Part shown: positions 11,745 to 25,317 of the stretch, one piece after another
Numbering within the stretch: position 1 is the first letter of the stretch
Layout: each line of letters begins with the position of its first letter
Assembly (NCBI RefSeq): GCF_006345805.1
Contig: NC_043000.1
Coordinates: forward strand, 75,454,001-75,518,000
Direction of reading: 5' to 3'
DNA from: Octopus sinensis
Taxonomy: Eukaryota
DNA length: 64,000 bases
Program-made: the position numbers and the translations under genes
The notes under the pieces: model-generated
Told to the model about the DNA's origin: nothing
Seen by the model: only the letters and a program-made list of their open reading frames with translations
Databases searched by the model: none

Positions 11745-14700
11745 GGTCTGGCGAGATAGTCGAGATGCTTGAACGGAGACGTGTTGATGTATGTTGTATG
11801 CAAGAAATAAGGTGGAGAGGAGGATCTGCTAGGGTCCTCACAGGCAAGGAACACAGGTACAAGATTTTCTGGGCAGGGAACACTGACGGGGTTGGTGGCG
11901 TGGGTATACTTATCGCTGAGAAATGGATAGATAGAGTAATTGAGGTAATCAGAGTAAGTGACAAAATACTTAAGATTAGAATAGTGCTTCATAATAGATT
12001 AGCAACCATTATATCGGCCTATGCCCCTCAGCCAGGGCTACCCGATGGACAGAAAGACAGTTTCTATGACACCCTACTGCAGACCACCTCATCGACGAAC
12101 GACAGGGACCTTCTCTTTGTGGCTGGTGATTTCAATGGGCATGTTGGACGACATGCTGGGGGCTTCCATGGCGTACATGGAGGCTACGGTTATGGTTCCC
12201 GCAACGAGGAGGGAACCAGGCTGCTGGAGTTCTGCGATGCGAATAGTCTTATGGTCTGCAACACTAACTTCAGGAAACCAACAAGCCACCTGGTCACCTA
12301 CCGATCGGGCCGGCATACTAGCCAAATCGACTACATCCTTGCCAGAAAAAGGGAAAGATGGCTGCTTATAAATGCCAAAACCTTCCCAGGCGAAGAATGC
12401 ACCCCACAACATAGACTGGTAGTTAGTGACTTTAGGATCAGGACTAAGAGGGCGACTAGAAGACGACCAACATGGAGAAGAAGGGTCTGGAAGCTTAAAG
12501 CCCCTGCGAATGGACAGAGATTTAGAGATATGTTACTTGAAGCCTTTGACGAAGTGGAAGGGGGTATAGCTACACATGGGGTAGAAGACAACTGGACGTT
12601 TCTGAGGGACAACCTGCTGAAAGCCGCTGACCAGATCTGTGGCTGGTGCAAAGTCCCCTTAAGACCCAAAATAAGGTGGTGGTGGAACAATATTGTTGAC
12701 AGGGCTATTAGACAAAAGAAACAGGCTTGGAAGGCCTGGAAGAACGGTGGTAGCAGGGAAGGGTATCAAACTGCCAGAAGGGAAGCTAGGAGACAGGTCT
12801 ATCTAGCCAGAGGGGAAGCAGATAAGAGAGAATTTGCCAATGTCCTGCGCCGTGAGGATGAAAGACTTGAGGTATTTCGTGTTGCAAGACAGTGTGTGAG
12901 AGAGAATCGTGATGTGGTAGGAGAGAAATGTGTTCGCATGGAGGATGGTTCACTTGCGCTAAATGAGGATGCAAAGAGAGAAGCTTGGAGACGCCACTAT
13001 GAAAGGTTACTGAATGAGGAAAATGAATGGGATAAAGAGAGTCTGCCGAATGTTGACCCTACAGAGGGACCAGCTATCCGAGTTGATAGTTCCGTGGTAG
13101 CTAAGGCAATTAGAAGCATGAAGACAGGGAAAGCCCCAGGCCCATCAGGAATTACTGCAGAGATGCTCAAAATATCTGGCAGTGTCGGCTATAGCCTAGT
13201 CACCCGTATAGTCAACCAGGTGATACACGAAGGAGTCATACCCAATGACTGGTGCAGCAGCATACTAGTCAACTGCTACAAAGGTAAAGGTGATGCCCTA
13301 GATACAAATAATTACAGAGGTATCAAGCTGTTGGATCAAGTAATGAAGGTTACGGAGAGGGTCATAGCCCAACTAATTAGAGAGAGAGTTAGTTTAGATG
13401 AGATGCAGTTTGGGTTCGTGCCAGGGAAAAGTACCACTGATGCTATATTCCTGGTAAGGCAGCTGCAGGAGAAATACCTAGCCAAAGATAAGCCCCTGTA
13501 CCTGGCTTTCGTTGACATGGAGAAAGCTTTTGATAGGGTCCCCCGATCCCTTATCTGGTGGTCAATGAGGAAACTAGGGATAGATGAATGGCTGGTGAGG
13601 ACTGTGCAAGCCATGTACAGAGATGCCGTAAGTAAGGTTAGGGTTGGCAACATGTACACAGAAGAATTCAAAGTAGAGGTTGGGGTCCACCAGGGTTCAG
13701 TACTCAGCCCCCTCCTATTTATCATAGTACTCCAGGCAATTACGGAGGAATTCAAGACAGGCTGTCCCTGGGAGCTCCTCTACGCTGACGACCTTGCTCT
13801 TATTGCTGAGTCACTATCAGAACTGGAGGAGAAGTTCCAGGTGTGGAAGGAGGGTTTAGAATCAAGGGGCCTTAGAGTCAACCTAGCTAAAACCAAAGTA
13901 CTAATAAGTAGAAAGGTAGACAATCCACAAATATTCAGGAAGATGGCCCTGCTCGATCTGTAGAAAAGGTGTAGGTAGAAACTCTATAAGATGTACCCAG
14001 TGTAAGCTATGGACACATAAGAGGTGCAGCAATGTCAAAGGTAGGCTAACTGGGAAGATAGTTTTTGTATGTGGCAGATGCTCGGGAGCATTAACCTCCG
14101 AAAATCTGCAGAAAACAACTTCCGTCACTTTCCAGGGGGAAAAACTAGAAGTAGTTGATAGCTTCCGTTATCTAGGTACCAAGTCAGTAGTGGGGGTGGG
14201 TGCGCTGAAAGTGTAACTGCTAGAATAAGAATAGCCTGGGCAAAGTTTAGGGAGCTCTTACCTCTGCTGGTGACTAAAGGCCTCTCGCTCAGAGTAAAAG
14301 GCAGACTGTATGATGCGTGTGTACGAACAGCCATGCTACATGGCAGCGAAACATGGGCCGTGACTGCTGAGGACATGCGTAAGCTCGTGAGGAATGAAGC
14401 CAGTATGCTCCGATGGATGTGTAATGTCAGTGTACATACTCGACAGAGCGTTAGCACCTTGAGAGAAATGTTGTACCTAAGAAGCATCAGTTGTGGTGTG
14501 CAAGAGAGACGATTGCGCTGGTATGGTCATGTGGCGAGAATGGATGAAGATAGGTGTGTGAGAAAGTGCCAATCCCTAGCAGTTGAGGGAACCCGTGGAA
14601 GAGGTAGACCCAGGAAAACCTGGGATGAGGTGGTGAAGCACGACCTTCGAACTTTAGGCCTCACTGAGGAAATGACCAGAGACCGAGACCTTTGGAAATA

Positions 14701-15528
14701 TTCTGTACGTGAGAAGACCAGGCAGGACAAGTGAGCCCAGCCCACTTATGAATGCCTTTCCTCCCTGGACACAAAGACCGGTTGAGGCAAGCGAAGTCGA
14801 TATAGAACCTCATCCGACGACAGACACCCATGCCAACCCCCCATGCTTGCGAAGACATGTTGGGGCAAGCGAAATCGAAATCGAAACTGAATTGAACCAG
14901 CCAGGATCCCTGGCCTGGTGGTACGTAAAAAGCACTATCCGACTCGTGGCCGTGGCACGTAAAATACTCCAATGCGACCGTACGACAGGCACCCATGCCA
15001 ACCCCCTTTGCTTGTGAAGACATGTTGGGGCAAGCGAAATCGAAATCGAATTGAACCAGCCAGGATCCCTGGTCTGGTGGTACATAAAAAGCACTATCCG
15101 ACTCGTGGCCGTGGCACGTAAAATACTCCAATGCGACCGTACGACAGGCACCCATGCCAACCCCCTTTGCTTGTGAAGACATGTTGGGGCAAGCGAAATC
15201 GAAATCGAATTGAACCAGCCAGGATCCCTGGTCTGGTGGTACGTAAAAAGCACTATCCGACTCGTGGCCGATGCCAGCACCGCCTCGACTGGCTTCCGTG
15301 CCGGTGGCACATAAAATACACCAATCTGACCGTGGCCGTTGCCAGCCCCGCCTAGCACCTGTGCAGGTGGCACGTAAAAGGCACCTACTACACTCACGGA
15401 GTGGTTGGCGTTAGAAACATTGCCAGATTAGACTGGAGCCTGGTGCAGCCTTCTGGCTTCCCAGAACCCCGGTCGAACCGTCCAACCCATGCTAGCATGG
15501 AGAACGGACGTTAAACGACGATGATGAT
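11745..15528 (+). mobile_element. RTE family A, near-full-length copy (APE + RT), 5'-truncated inside (TA)n
   Basis: Open APE-RT frame to about 13930 ([55 protein letters not shown]); frameshifts near 13930 and 14178; stop 14734; (GAT)n tail. Confidence 0.97.
14815..15270 (+). repeat. About 160-bp tandem repeat (about 2.8 units) in the RTE 3' UTR
   Basis: ACCCATGCCAACCCC recurs at 14826, 14991 and 15150. Confidence 0.92.
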
Positions 15529-15699
15529 ATATATATATATATATACATGTGTGTGTGTGTGTGTATATATATATATAATATATATATATATACACATATA
15601 CATATATATATACACACACACACACATATACACATACACATAAACACACACACACACACATATGTGTATATAAAGCTATGGCATGCAGGAGCAGTAACA

Positions 15700-16200
15700 T
15701 TGTAATCACCCCTTTAATGGCCAATTCTCTGTGATAGGCTTTTGGTCTGAGTCTCCTGCCTTGATACTGATTTATCTTGGTTAGCAGGAAGTCAAGTTGT
15801 TTCTGGAAATCATCTACCCCTACTCCATGAATATCCCTCAGATGTTTTGACAAGGTATTAAATAGCTGTAGGCCCTTGAATATCAAGCTTTTGTAGTACA
15901 TGGTCCTCACTCTAGATGTGACAGCTGGGATCTTTGGAACAGTGCAATGATGTCCAGTCTGGGATTTGGTATAACTCTCAATCCAAAAGTTTGCGGGCCC
16001 CTCTTGGATCTTCCATACATACATTGTAACTTACCTCTACCGTCTTCTCTCCAGGGAGTAGTCATAACTCTTTCAGTCTCTCCCAGTAGCCCAGCTGTCC
16101 CATTCATGCAATCATCCTAGTGCAGCATTGCTTGAACTGCCTCAAGTTCCACTATTAATCTGAAACTGTGGAGTGACCAAAGTGGAGAGCAGTAGTTCAG
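15700..16200 (-). mobile_element. CR1-group LINE 3' fragment, same family as 61960-64000
   Basis: TGHHCTVPKIP...SLIFKGLQLFNTL...LRDIHGVGVDDF matches the C-terminus at 61974-62537. Confidence 0.8.
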
Positions 16201-16269
16201 ACAGCTGAGTACAAATAGATACATACATACACAATTACATATAGACATATCGCTCTCTCTCTCTCTCTG

Positions 16270-16302
<33 letters not shown>

Positions 16303-16303
16303 T

Positions 16304-16344
<41 letters not shown>

Positions 16345-16345
<1 letters not shown>

Positions 16346-16525
16346 GGGAGAATTCACGAAAAAAACAAAAGACAGAGACAGGTGGTGTAGAAAACAAACA
16401 GATGTATTAGTACAACACTTGGGAATTGAAAAAGTCTTTTACGTTTTGAGCCTATGCTTTTGCACAGAAAGGAACACAGAAAGAAACAAGGAGAGAAAAA
16501 AAATGTGTGTTGTGGCTACTGATAG
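16345..16525 (-). mobile_element. Penelope family-2 terminal fragment
   Basis: Reverse complement of 22410-22581; ends GAATTCTCCC|TATA in (TA)n; decayed hammerhead-like motif. Confidence 0.7.
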
Positions 16526-16976
16526 ATCATATGTATATACACACACACACACACACACACAGTCATACTTATGCATACATATTCATATACACCTATAGAT
16601 GTGCATACATATACATATGTGTATATGCATGTGTGAATGTGTGTGCTCATGGGTAATGTTTGTTTACATTTTTTAGATTGATAAAATCAGTAAAATATGT
16701 TATCCTTTACTTGGAAAAGGAAATAAAGGTTTCTATCAGAAAGGGCAAAAATGGAAAAATGGGCGGTTTGGATGATGTGGCTGTAAAACCTGCTCTGTGT
16801 TAGCATTTGACTTGTTTGGGCATGCTTACGTTAAAAACAATTTTAGAATGATATTTTTATATGAATAATATATAGTCTATTGACTAATTATTTTGTGCTA
16901 TGCCACTGGTAATAAAAATTTCTATAATTCTTATTACCCTAATATTACTTATGTTTATGTATATATATACATATAT

Positions 16977-17026
<50 letters not shown>

Positions 17027-17029
<3 letters not shown>

Positions 17030-17305
17030 TCATCATCATCGTCATTTAGCGTCCGCTTTCCATGCTAGCATGGGTTGGACGGTTCAACTGGGGTCTGTGA
17101 AGCCAGAAAGCTGCATCAGGCCCAGTCTGATCTGGCAGTGTTTCTACACCTGGATGCCCTTCCTAACGCCAACCATTCCGTGAGTGTAGTGGGTGCTTTT
17201 TACGTGCCACCCACACAGGTGCCAGACGGAGCTAGCAAACGGCCATGGACGGATGGTGCTTTTTACGTGCCACCGGCACGAGGGCCAGGCGAGGCTGGCA
17301 ACGGA
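17027..17305 (-). mobile_element. RTE family A tail-only copy
   Basis: Reverse complement of the shared 3' tail with (GAT)n abutting (TA)n. Similar copies at about 19285, 23645-23915 and 36565-36965. Confidence 0.88.
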
Positions 17306-17350
17306 TGGTTTGCAAGGTTCTTTATATGAGTTTGTGTGTTGAAGCATATT

Positions 17351-17619
17351 CTGTTGTGTCTGGGGAGAGTCATTTTCTTTTTGTGCCTTATAATTTAACA
17401 CACTCACTGGTAAAATTTCCACTTATTTCTTATTTTTATTTTCCTATAATTTTCGTTGAGTCTTGCAACCTTTTCAATTGTCTTGACTCCCAAGACTATT
17501 GAAAAGGTTGCAAGATGCAACGAAAATTTTAGGAAAATAAGAAATAAGTGGAAATTTTACCAGTGAGTGTTTTAAATTATAAGGCACAAAAAGAAAATGA
17601 CTCTCCCCAGACACAACAG
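17351..17619. repeat. About 130-bp fold-back hairpin with 5-nt loop
   Basis: 17351-17485 pairs with 17491-17619 (loop ACTCC) with a few substitutions and one small indel. Confidence 0.93.
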
Positions 17620-17925
17620 TATATATATAAATAGGTGTGCCTATATGTCTGTGCACACCTTTCAATGCAATGTATGCCAGAAGGTATGAAAATGTAACGG
17701 AGGTCCCAAAAGACATTTTAAGGTTCACAAATATCAGAACTTAACTGCAGCTCTTGGTGATCCAAATTAGATATGCAATCTATGTGGGTGTCTTTTCAAA
17801 ACATTGTCTGGTTTAAAAAGCTACATCAGATGCCATGTTGGTTCTAAGGTGTAGGTACAGGAGGTGGTCATACTCTGCATAAGGAGCTAACAATCACCAT
17901 ATATATATATATATACACACACACA

Positions 17926-18140
17926 CTAGCAACTAAGCCTGGTTTCACCTGGGCGGTTTGGATGATGTGGCTGTAAAACCTGCTCTGTGTAAGCATTTGA
18001 CTTGTTTGGGCATGCTTACGTTAAAAACAATTTTAGAATGACTTTTTTCTGTCAAAACGCTAAAAACAACAAAAAAAACCAACCAAGATTCAACCAAATT
18101 AAAAAATAAACCCAAATACTAAGCGAACAAAGATGAACCA
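17926..18140 (-). mobile_element. Helitron-like 3' portion
   Basis: Minus strand CCCAGGTGAAACCAGG...TTGCTAG|T; about 90 bp (17950-18040) is repeated at 16761-16850. Confidence 0.55.
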
Positions 18141-18568
18141 TCCCACTTCCATTGTGCACACACACACACACATGCACACACACACGTGCACACACACACA
18201 CACACACACACGTGCACACACATGCACACACACATTCACATAACCCCTTTTACATACACACACATGTATTCACACAGAGTTGAAACGCTGTTTGATTTAT
18301 TTTTTCAACATACAATTTTCATCATCTCACTACCAGTATGACATCACCACTTCCTTCCTTATTCATCTATCACCCCTTCCTTTCTCATTCATAAACACAA
18401 GAGTATTATTATAGTAGATTATCTCGATAACCATGGGAGCTATGAAAAAAATACAAAGCCCAGCATCACCACTGGATCATTCTACACATCTGTATAATTT
18501 TTTCCACAATTCCACCCAGCCATTTGACCGTGAATCCCAAGACAAGAAAGAATTGCCCATGTCAAATT

Positions 18569-18605
<37 letters not shown>

Positions 18606-18937
18606 GTAGATAGGTAGGTATGTATGTACGTAGGTAGGTATTCTCATTCACAACACATCTATATATATGTTAAGTGAATGATAATATTTTGAAAACAAGG
18701 GTGTTTAATATCTAATTTCATATAGATATTTATGTGTGTATATGTATGTGAAAATGATAAAGTAAATACAATTTACAATAAAAATTCGCAGTTTTATTTC
18801 GATTAAAATGCCAGTGTCTCTCAGAGCAAAATCGTTGAAGTCAGTTTGCATACTTTACTGCCTCTGACAGTATAGTTTTACACTTCTTTTCTCCCAATCA
18901 TGACTGACAGGACACATTGCATTTCATTATTTGTAAG

Positions 18938-18977
<40 letters not shown>

Positions 18978-18982
<5 letters not shown>

Positions 18983-19258
18983 GTAAAATAATATGTGACA
19001 ATTATACAATAGCCACGATAAAACTCTGAGCTTTGGATGCCGAAGTGGAAATCCACAACACCGTCTCTTCGGTTATCTGGCCATCTCCAGATAACCGAAG
19101 AGATGCTGTTGTGGATTTCCACTTCGGCATCTGAAACTCAGAGTTTTATCTTGGCTATTGTATAATTGTCACATATTATTTTACAGATAAATTTCCTCTA
19201 TTTACATAATATTGAGGTCTCTTTCTTTCTTTTGTTATCTTACCGTTTTTACCAATAT
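18978..19258 (+). mobile_element. Penelope-type terminus folded back on itself
   Basis: 18978-19080 pairs with 19087-19189 (6-nt loop); hammerhead-like motif 19091-19149; the same terminus recurs inverted at 48290-48415. Confidence 0.7.
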
Positions 19259-19689
19259 ATATATATATATATATATATCTATATATCATCATCATCATCA
19301 TTTAACATCCATAGTTTGACAGGAGCTGGTCAGCTGAAGAGCTGCCCAGACTCCATGTCTGCTTTGGCATGGTTTCTATGGCTAAATGTCCTTCACAATA
19401 CCAACCATTTTATATAGTGTATTGGATGCAAAATCACACAGCATCAGCATAAGTGTGTTTTTCGTAGCACTGAAATGGGTGCTTTTTAGATGAGCCTGCA
19501 AAATTAGGAACACTCAGCTGGAGAAGGACACAGTGTAATGGATAAAGTTGGGGAGTATGTTAGTGTACAGTGTGTAATGTGTGTGGGGGGGTCTGTATAT
19601 ATGTGGGGGTACAAATTGTGTGAAGGGGTATGTGTTGGGGATGGGATAAACAGTTTATTATGTGGAGTGTCCACCTTATAGGAGTGTGT

Positions 19690-20560
19690 GCATATCTGCG
19701 TTATAATGGTGTGTACATGGGTGTTTTGGTCAAACTCTTTTTGCCAGGCTCAAGGTGATTGGTGGAAGGTTGTCTGCAGAAGGTCGAGGCAGGGGACCTG
19801 TGGTTGCAGTCGTAGTGGGGCATGCAAGTACAATAGAATATACTTCATTTCATGCGGGCAAGGAATAAACACCTCACTCCTGCTATTCAGGTAAACAACC
19901 CGATATTGGATACCTTTTGAAATTGTTCTCTTCTCAGCCAGGCATAATTTGCACTTCCTACTGCTATTAAAGTACAGTTTGCATCTTTCTAGAATCTTCC
20001 ACTTTATGCTGTACTCCATGGCAATTTCTTTCAGAGTCCAGATGTACTTGGCTAGGGTTGTGGCATTAAGTCTCTCTAGGATGTTGAATGAGGACTTGTT
20101 GTTATGGAAGTGGATTCAGAAGGGGCCTTCTGTTACTCTCACATACTTCTGCATGCTCAATTGTCCATTGGCTCCTGCTGCTGTTATTTCTGCCTTGTAA
20201 ACAACTGTTTCCATATTGCAGTGGCCATTTAGTGGACAAGATGTGTTACCCTGCATGAGCATCTTGCCTCTGCCTCGGGTCAGGGTCTACCTACTAAAAT
20301 CTATTTTACACTAGGTGCACAGCTAAAGGATAATCTCAGAGTATGTCTATTAAATATTTTGTTGAATATTTTGTTCAGGGGAAGTGTCTATTAACTAACC
20401 TCAGGAAGATATTACCTACTCTGGTCTTTATGCTTAAAGAGAATGGTAGTGTGAACCACAATACCTTCTGATAGTGCTTGCTCTTGGGGGCTAGACTAAT
20501 ATCCATGTAACCACTGGTAGTCAGAGCTTGGCTGTAGTATGGGGTGGCACCATCAAAGAT
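19690..20560 (-). mobile_element. Penelope-like family 1, decayed GIY-YIG region
   Basis: YSQALTTSGY...KVLWFTLPFSLSIKTRVG..FLRLVNRHFP; WKILERCK...CKLCLAEK...YLNSRSEVFIPCPHE. Confidence 0.8.
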
Positions 20561-20569
20561 CTTTTTGCT

Positions 20570-22800
20570 TGAAGACAAGCTGGAGATTGATAGGCACTAC
20601 TCCCAAACCAATAGATTCAACAAAATATTTAATAGACATACCCTGAGATTATCCTTTAGCTGTGCACCTAGTGTAAAAAAGATTTTCGTAGGCAGACCCA
20701 AACCCAAGGCCGAGGTAGGATGCTCATGCAATATGGAAACAGTTGTTTATAAGCAGAAGTAATCAAGAGGAGTCAATGGACAACCAAGCATGGGGAAATA
20801 TGTAGGAAGGCCCCCTTCAGAACCTGCTTTAATAACAACAAGTCCTCATTCAACATCCCCAAGAAACATAACACCACAACCCTAGCCAAACATTCTGGAT
20901 TCTGAAAGAAAGTGCCATGGAGTACAGTTTAAAATAGAAGATCTTAGAAAGATGCAAACCATGTTTCAATAGCAGCAGAAAGTGCAGATTATGCCTGGCT
21001 GAGAGAGAAATGTACTCAATGCCCGGATGTTTACCTGAATAGCAGGAGTGCAGTGTTTAATTCTTGCCTGCATGAAAGGAAGTACATTCTCCTCACCACT
21101 ATCCACACCGCCCTTGCCAGAGCACAGTCCATGGACTGTGCATCTGCTCTCTCACCCCCGAACCCGCCCTGCAGTCTCCCGCCTCCCTTTTCCTCTCACC
21201 TACCTCTCCAATGCACTATTCTCCAAGCTTTCCAGCATCTCCAGTCTGACCTGTCCACTTCACACATCTTCCCTAACTGACCCCTCCCCTCCTTCAAATG
21301 AGCCCACAACCTACGAGACCTCTTGGTTCACAGCTTCTTCCCCAACCCTACCTCCCAACCTGGCTCGTTCCCCTGCTCCCGCCCACACTGCCGCACTTGC
21401 CCATACCTCTCCAACACCACCCTGCTCACTGGCACCTATCATCAACCTTATCGCATCACCAACTCCTTCATCTGCACCTCCACCAATATCATCTATTGCA
21501 TCTCCTGCTCTCTCTGCCATTCTCTGTACATCGGACAAACAGGACGCCGCTTGGCTCACCAGTTTGCAGAACACCTCTGAGACATCTGCCTTGGCAATGA
21601 CACCCCGGTCTCACACCATTTCCGCTCTACCGGTCACTCTTTGCAACACCTGTCCGTGTTCGGATTGTCCTTGCACAGAGGCCATCCTGACTCCCGTTTG
21701 TGCTGTGAACAGGGATTAATCTTCCCTCTTCGCTCCTTTACACCATTTGGGTTGAACTCTCCTCCCCTCTTGATCTAACCTCCCCCCCTTGCCTCTCTTC
21801 CCCTCACTCTCCTCTCTTGTCCCAACTCCTACTTCTCTTCACCCCTAATCTCTTTCCCTCTTCTCTCTTACTCTTTCACCCTCTCTTTCTCTCTCTCCTC
21901 ACATACCCACCTTCCCCCTTCATTGTCAACCCTCCCCCATAAGCCCACCCCACCCCTACACATTCCTACTCCACCTTCCCTAGCCTTCACATCCTATCCC
22001 CTACACCCTCTCCTACATACCCCACCTCTACCTCCACCCTCTGCCTACCCATATACCCCATCTCTACCCCAACCCTCAGCCGAACCCACACACCGCCCGT
22101 GCTTTCTCCACTTTCACCTCCCCCACCTCCCAACAACATCATACCACACCACACAACATTACACATCACATCACAACACACCACCCACACACCAGCACTG
22201 ACCAATTCCCATCCCCACATTTTCACACCTACACATACATACACGCACACGTCCAAACCACCAGCCTTCTTTCACATGCACATACATACTCTCTTATACA
22301 CACACGCACCTTCCTGTTGGGGGTTCATCTTTACTTTGTTATCTCCCCTACTTCTTTGCTCTCTTGTGTGACCCTTCTGTCTGGCAGTCAGTCGCCATAA
22401 TAAATCATTAGCCACTACACACATTTTTTTCTCTCCTTGTTTTATTCTGTGTCCCTTTCTGTAGAGGAGCGTAGGCTTGAAACGTAAAAGACTTTTTTCT
22501 ATTCCTGAGCGTTATACTAATACATCTGTTTGTTTTGTACACCACCTGTCTTTGTCTTTTGTTTTTTTCGTAAATACTCCCTACATTCTATTGTACCTGC
22601 ACGCCCCACCCTGACTGCAACCACAAGTCTCCTGCCGCGACCTTCTGCAAGTGACCTTCCACCAAGGCACCCATGCAGACTCAGCTATAAAGCGGACATG
22701 CACACACCCCTATAAGTCAGACACCTCACATAATAAACTGTCTTCCCCACCCCAACACATACCCCCTTCACATGATTTGGACTACCATATACATGGACCC
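20570..22800 (+). mobile_element. Penelope-like family 1, second decayed copy, split by the 21091-22581 insertion
   Basis: RFNKIFNRHTLRLSFSC and KILERCKPCF..KCRLCLAE; resumes at 22582 colinear with the minus copy. Confidence 0.75.
21091..22581 (+). mobile_element. Penelope-like family 2, 3' half (GIY-YIG plus terminal repeat)
   Basis: PCSRPHCRTCP...CTSTNIIYCISCSLCHSLYIGQTGRRLAHQFAEHL; flanked by TACATTCT at 21083-21090 and 22582-22589; hammerhead-like motif about 22454-22490. Confidence 0.88.
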
Positions 22801-23016
22801 TCACACACATATTACACACTGCACCCTAACATAACCCCCCCACCCCACCACAAAAAAAACATACACAGAGGCACAACTTTATCCATTACAGGAAAAAACA
22901 GACCAACACACACAGCTATACACTTTTGCCCCGGTATTCACGGGGTTTATGTTCCTAGACCACCTGCGAATATTGGATGTGGTCCATATAAATGCCTATA
23001 AATGTCAAATATGATG

Positions 23017-23074
<58 letters not shown>

Positions 23075-23568
23075 AAATCAGAAATGGAAAAACAAAATAA
23101 ATTGAACAATTATAAATTCAAATCCATTTAAATATTTTATACAAACGACATATCTCATAAATTACAGCTGTTTCCACTTCCGTAATAAAACAAAGTTTTT
23201 CAAGAATAATCAAATCTGTTTAAATATGTAATGATGCTTCATTGGATTGACATATCTTCTTAAATATTTGATGAAAAATATCAAATGAAAATATTTATAA
23301 TTTCTGAATCTTTACGAAGACGCTGTATAAGAGTGAGCTTAATCATCAATAAATAATCTAACTGAAATTTTGTAAATTCATAATTTTAAATCTATAACTA
23401 TTCCATTCAATAACCAACTTGTTTCCACAATACAGACATTTATATATACACATATTTATATATACTTATATATACATGTATACACCTATCATTTATGTAT
23501 GCATATATACACACACACATACGTATACACAGATGCATATACACATACATTCATCTATATATATATAT

Positions 23569-23648
<80 letters not shown>

Positions 23649-23919
23649 TTATTATCATCGTTTAACGTCTGCTTTCCATGCTGGCATGGGCTGGGCGGTT
23701 TGACTGGGGTCTGGGAAGTCAAGAGGCTGCACCAGGCTCCAGTCTGATCTGACAGTGTTTCTACAGCTGGATACCCTTCCTAATGCTAACCACTCCGAGA
23801 ATGTAGTGGGTGCTTTTTACATGCCACCAGTACAGAGATCACAATTACAACTTCCATTTTATTTTGATTTTGATGTACTTGACTCAATAGGTCTCCTCAT
23901 GCACAGCATGTTGCCCTAC

Positions 23920-24480
23920 TATCCAAGGTATATATATAGAATGAATGTTTTTATATATAATGAACGTGAAATACAGGAAGGGACGAACACGGAACACAGA
24001 CAAATCATTCGAAGCCTTCAATCTTCAGTCAGACACCGAATCATCATAGCAAATTTCGGCTGTTCAATTCTGATATTTGCTCCAACTCGGCCAGCCCCAA
24101 GAAAAAAAAACTAAGCTGTAAGCATTAGATTTCTTGGTAGAAGACAGGAATGTGAACGCACAAGACGGATGTGAATACAAGAGACGAAAACGAAATTGAA
24201 AACAGTAATGAATAAACAAAATATATATAACGGTGGTTGTCATACGACTTTAGACCAAATGAGACAAAAACAACAACAACAACATAGCTGGCGTAGAAAT
24301 AATTACCGTTTCGGTAGCGGGGACACATGTTGGTCGAGATACGAAGGCCAACAGAATGGTTTAAGAAGCAGCAGGTCGCAGGAGAGAGAGAAAGAGAGAC
24401 AGAGAGAGAGGGAATCAAAGAGGGTGGAAGGCAGGGGACAGAATCAGTGACCAAGAGAAAAGGAGAAAGAAGGGATTAAG
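23920..24480 (-). mobile_element. Non-coding repeat related to 31130-31700, probable Penelope-type terminus
   Basis: Shares CATTCGAAGCC.TCA.TCTTCAGTCA and AAAACTAAGC blocks with 31190-31330; bounded by (TA)n. Confidence 0.5.
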
Positions 24481-24594
24481 GAGGAATATATATATATATA
24501 TATATACCAGAGTAAACACATAAATGTGAAACAAGGTGGAAAAAAGAGGTAGAGTAATATGCTTTATTTAAAAGCAGCAGAAATTTAACAAAAG

Positions 24595-24632
24595 CTGTTA
24601 CTCAGAGTTTCATGTTCCCGTTCGTCGGATAG
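24595..24632 (-). ncRNA. Degenerate minimal hammerhead-like motif (CCGACGA core)
   Basis: CUAU-CCGACGA-ACGGGAACAU-GAA-ACUCUGAGU-A-ACAG; helix III palindromic, stem II weak. Confidence 0.4.
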
Positions 24633-25317
24633 TTTTGTTAAAATAGGAATGAGATGACAATTCTATCAAGACTAGTATAAATGTTACACCTTTAAAAATG
24701 GATTTATTTGATTGGACCTTTCAAATAACGGTCATATGCGAGCAATAAACAAAAATAAACAAAACAAATAAATGAGTTCAATATAAAATTATAAAAATCG
24801 AGGATAAACCTTAAATCGAAGATTTGATTCAAATACATATTGTCATTAATTATGTAGAAAATATAATTCGATTAATACAATTAATACATAAAAATTGAAA
24901 TTAAAATATATTAAAATATTTCACAACAGTACGTACTCATACTAAACCATCAATATAAATGTATACATCAAAATACACAGATAGATGTGCGCAGACCACA
25001 TACATATACAGACATATAAATGCAAAACGAAAATATACACACAAATACATGTACACATATGCATACGCAATCTTGTTCGCATGCAAAAATCACTTGGTGT
25101 ATACATAGTGTTATGGAGGCAAGAAAAAGGTAAATAAACAGAAAAACATCGTGCCCCTTGTTCCGTTGGTTGGAATTGAACCGGCACTCCAGCTATTCAG
25201 GACGATGGAATCTCCTTTGTCCTTTCACTGTCACAGTAATTAATGATCTTAGGTAACGATTCTTGATCCCAACACGGTCAGGGAAAGTTTAAGAAAAAAA
25301 TTAAAATGCTACCCTCG

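Noticed and set aside
13336-13755. Recurrent antisense ORF MNSSVIAW... (also 40501 and 51422)
   Set aside because: Shadow frame of the RT coding strand in homologous copies; not independent evidence of a gene.
13900-14200. Programmed frameshift in the RTE
   Set aside because: The 38770 copy is open across the same region, so these are private indels.
14815-15270. CRISPR-like array (also 41950-42320 and 25318-27136)
   Set aside because: Eukaryotic context, no unique spacers and no cas genes; these are tandem repeats.
16761-18040. 90-bp direct repeats as LTRs or a TSD
   Set aside because: No TG...CA ends or PBS; the second copy belongs to a Helitron-like end, so this is likely a partial duplication.
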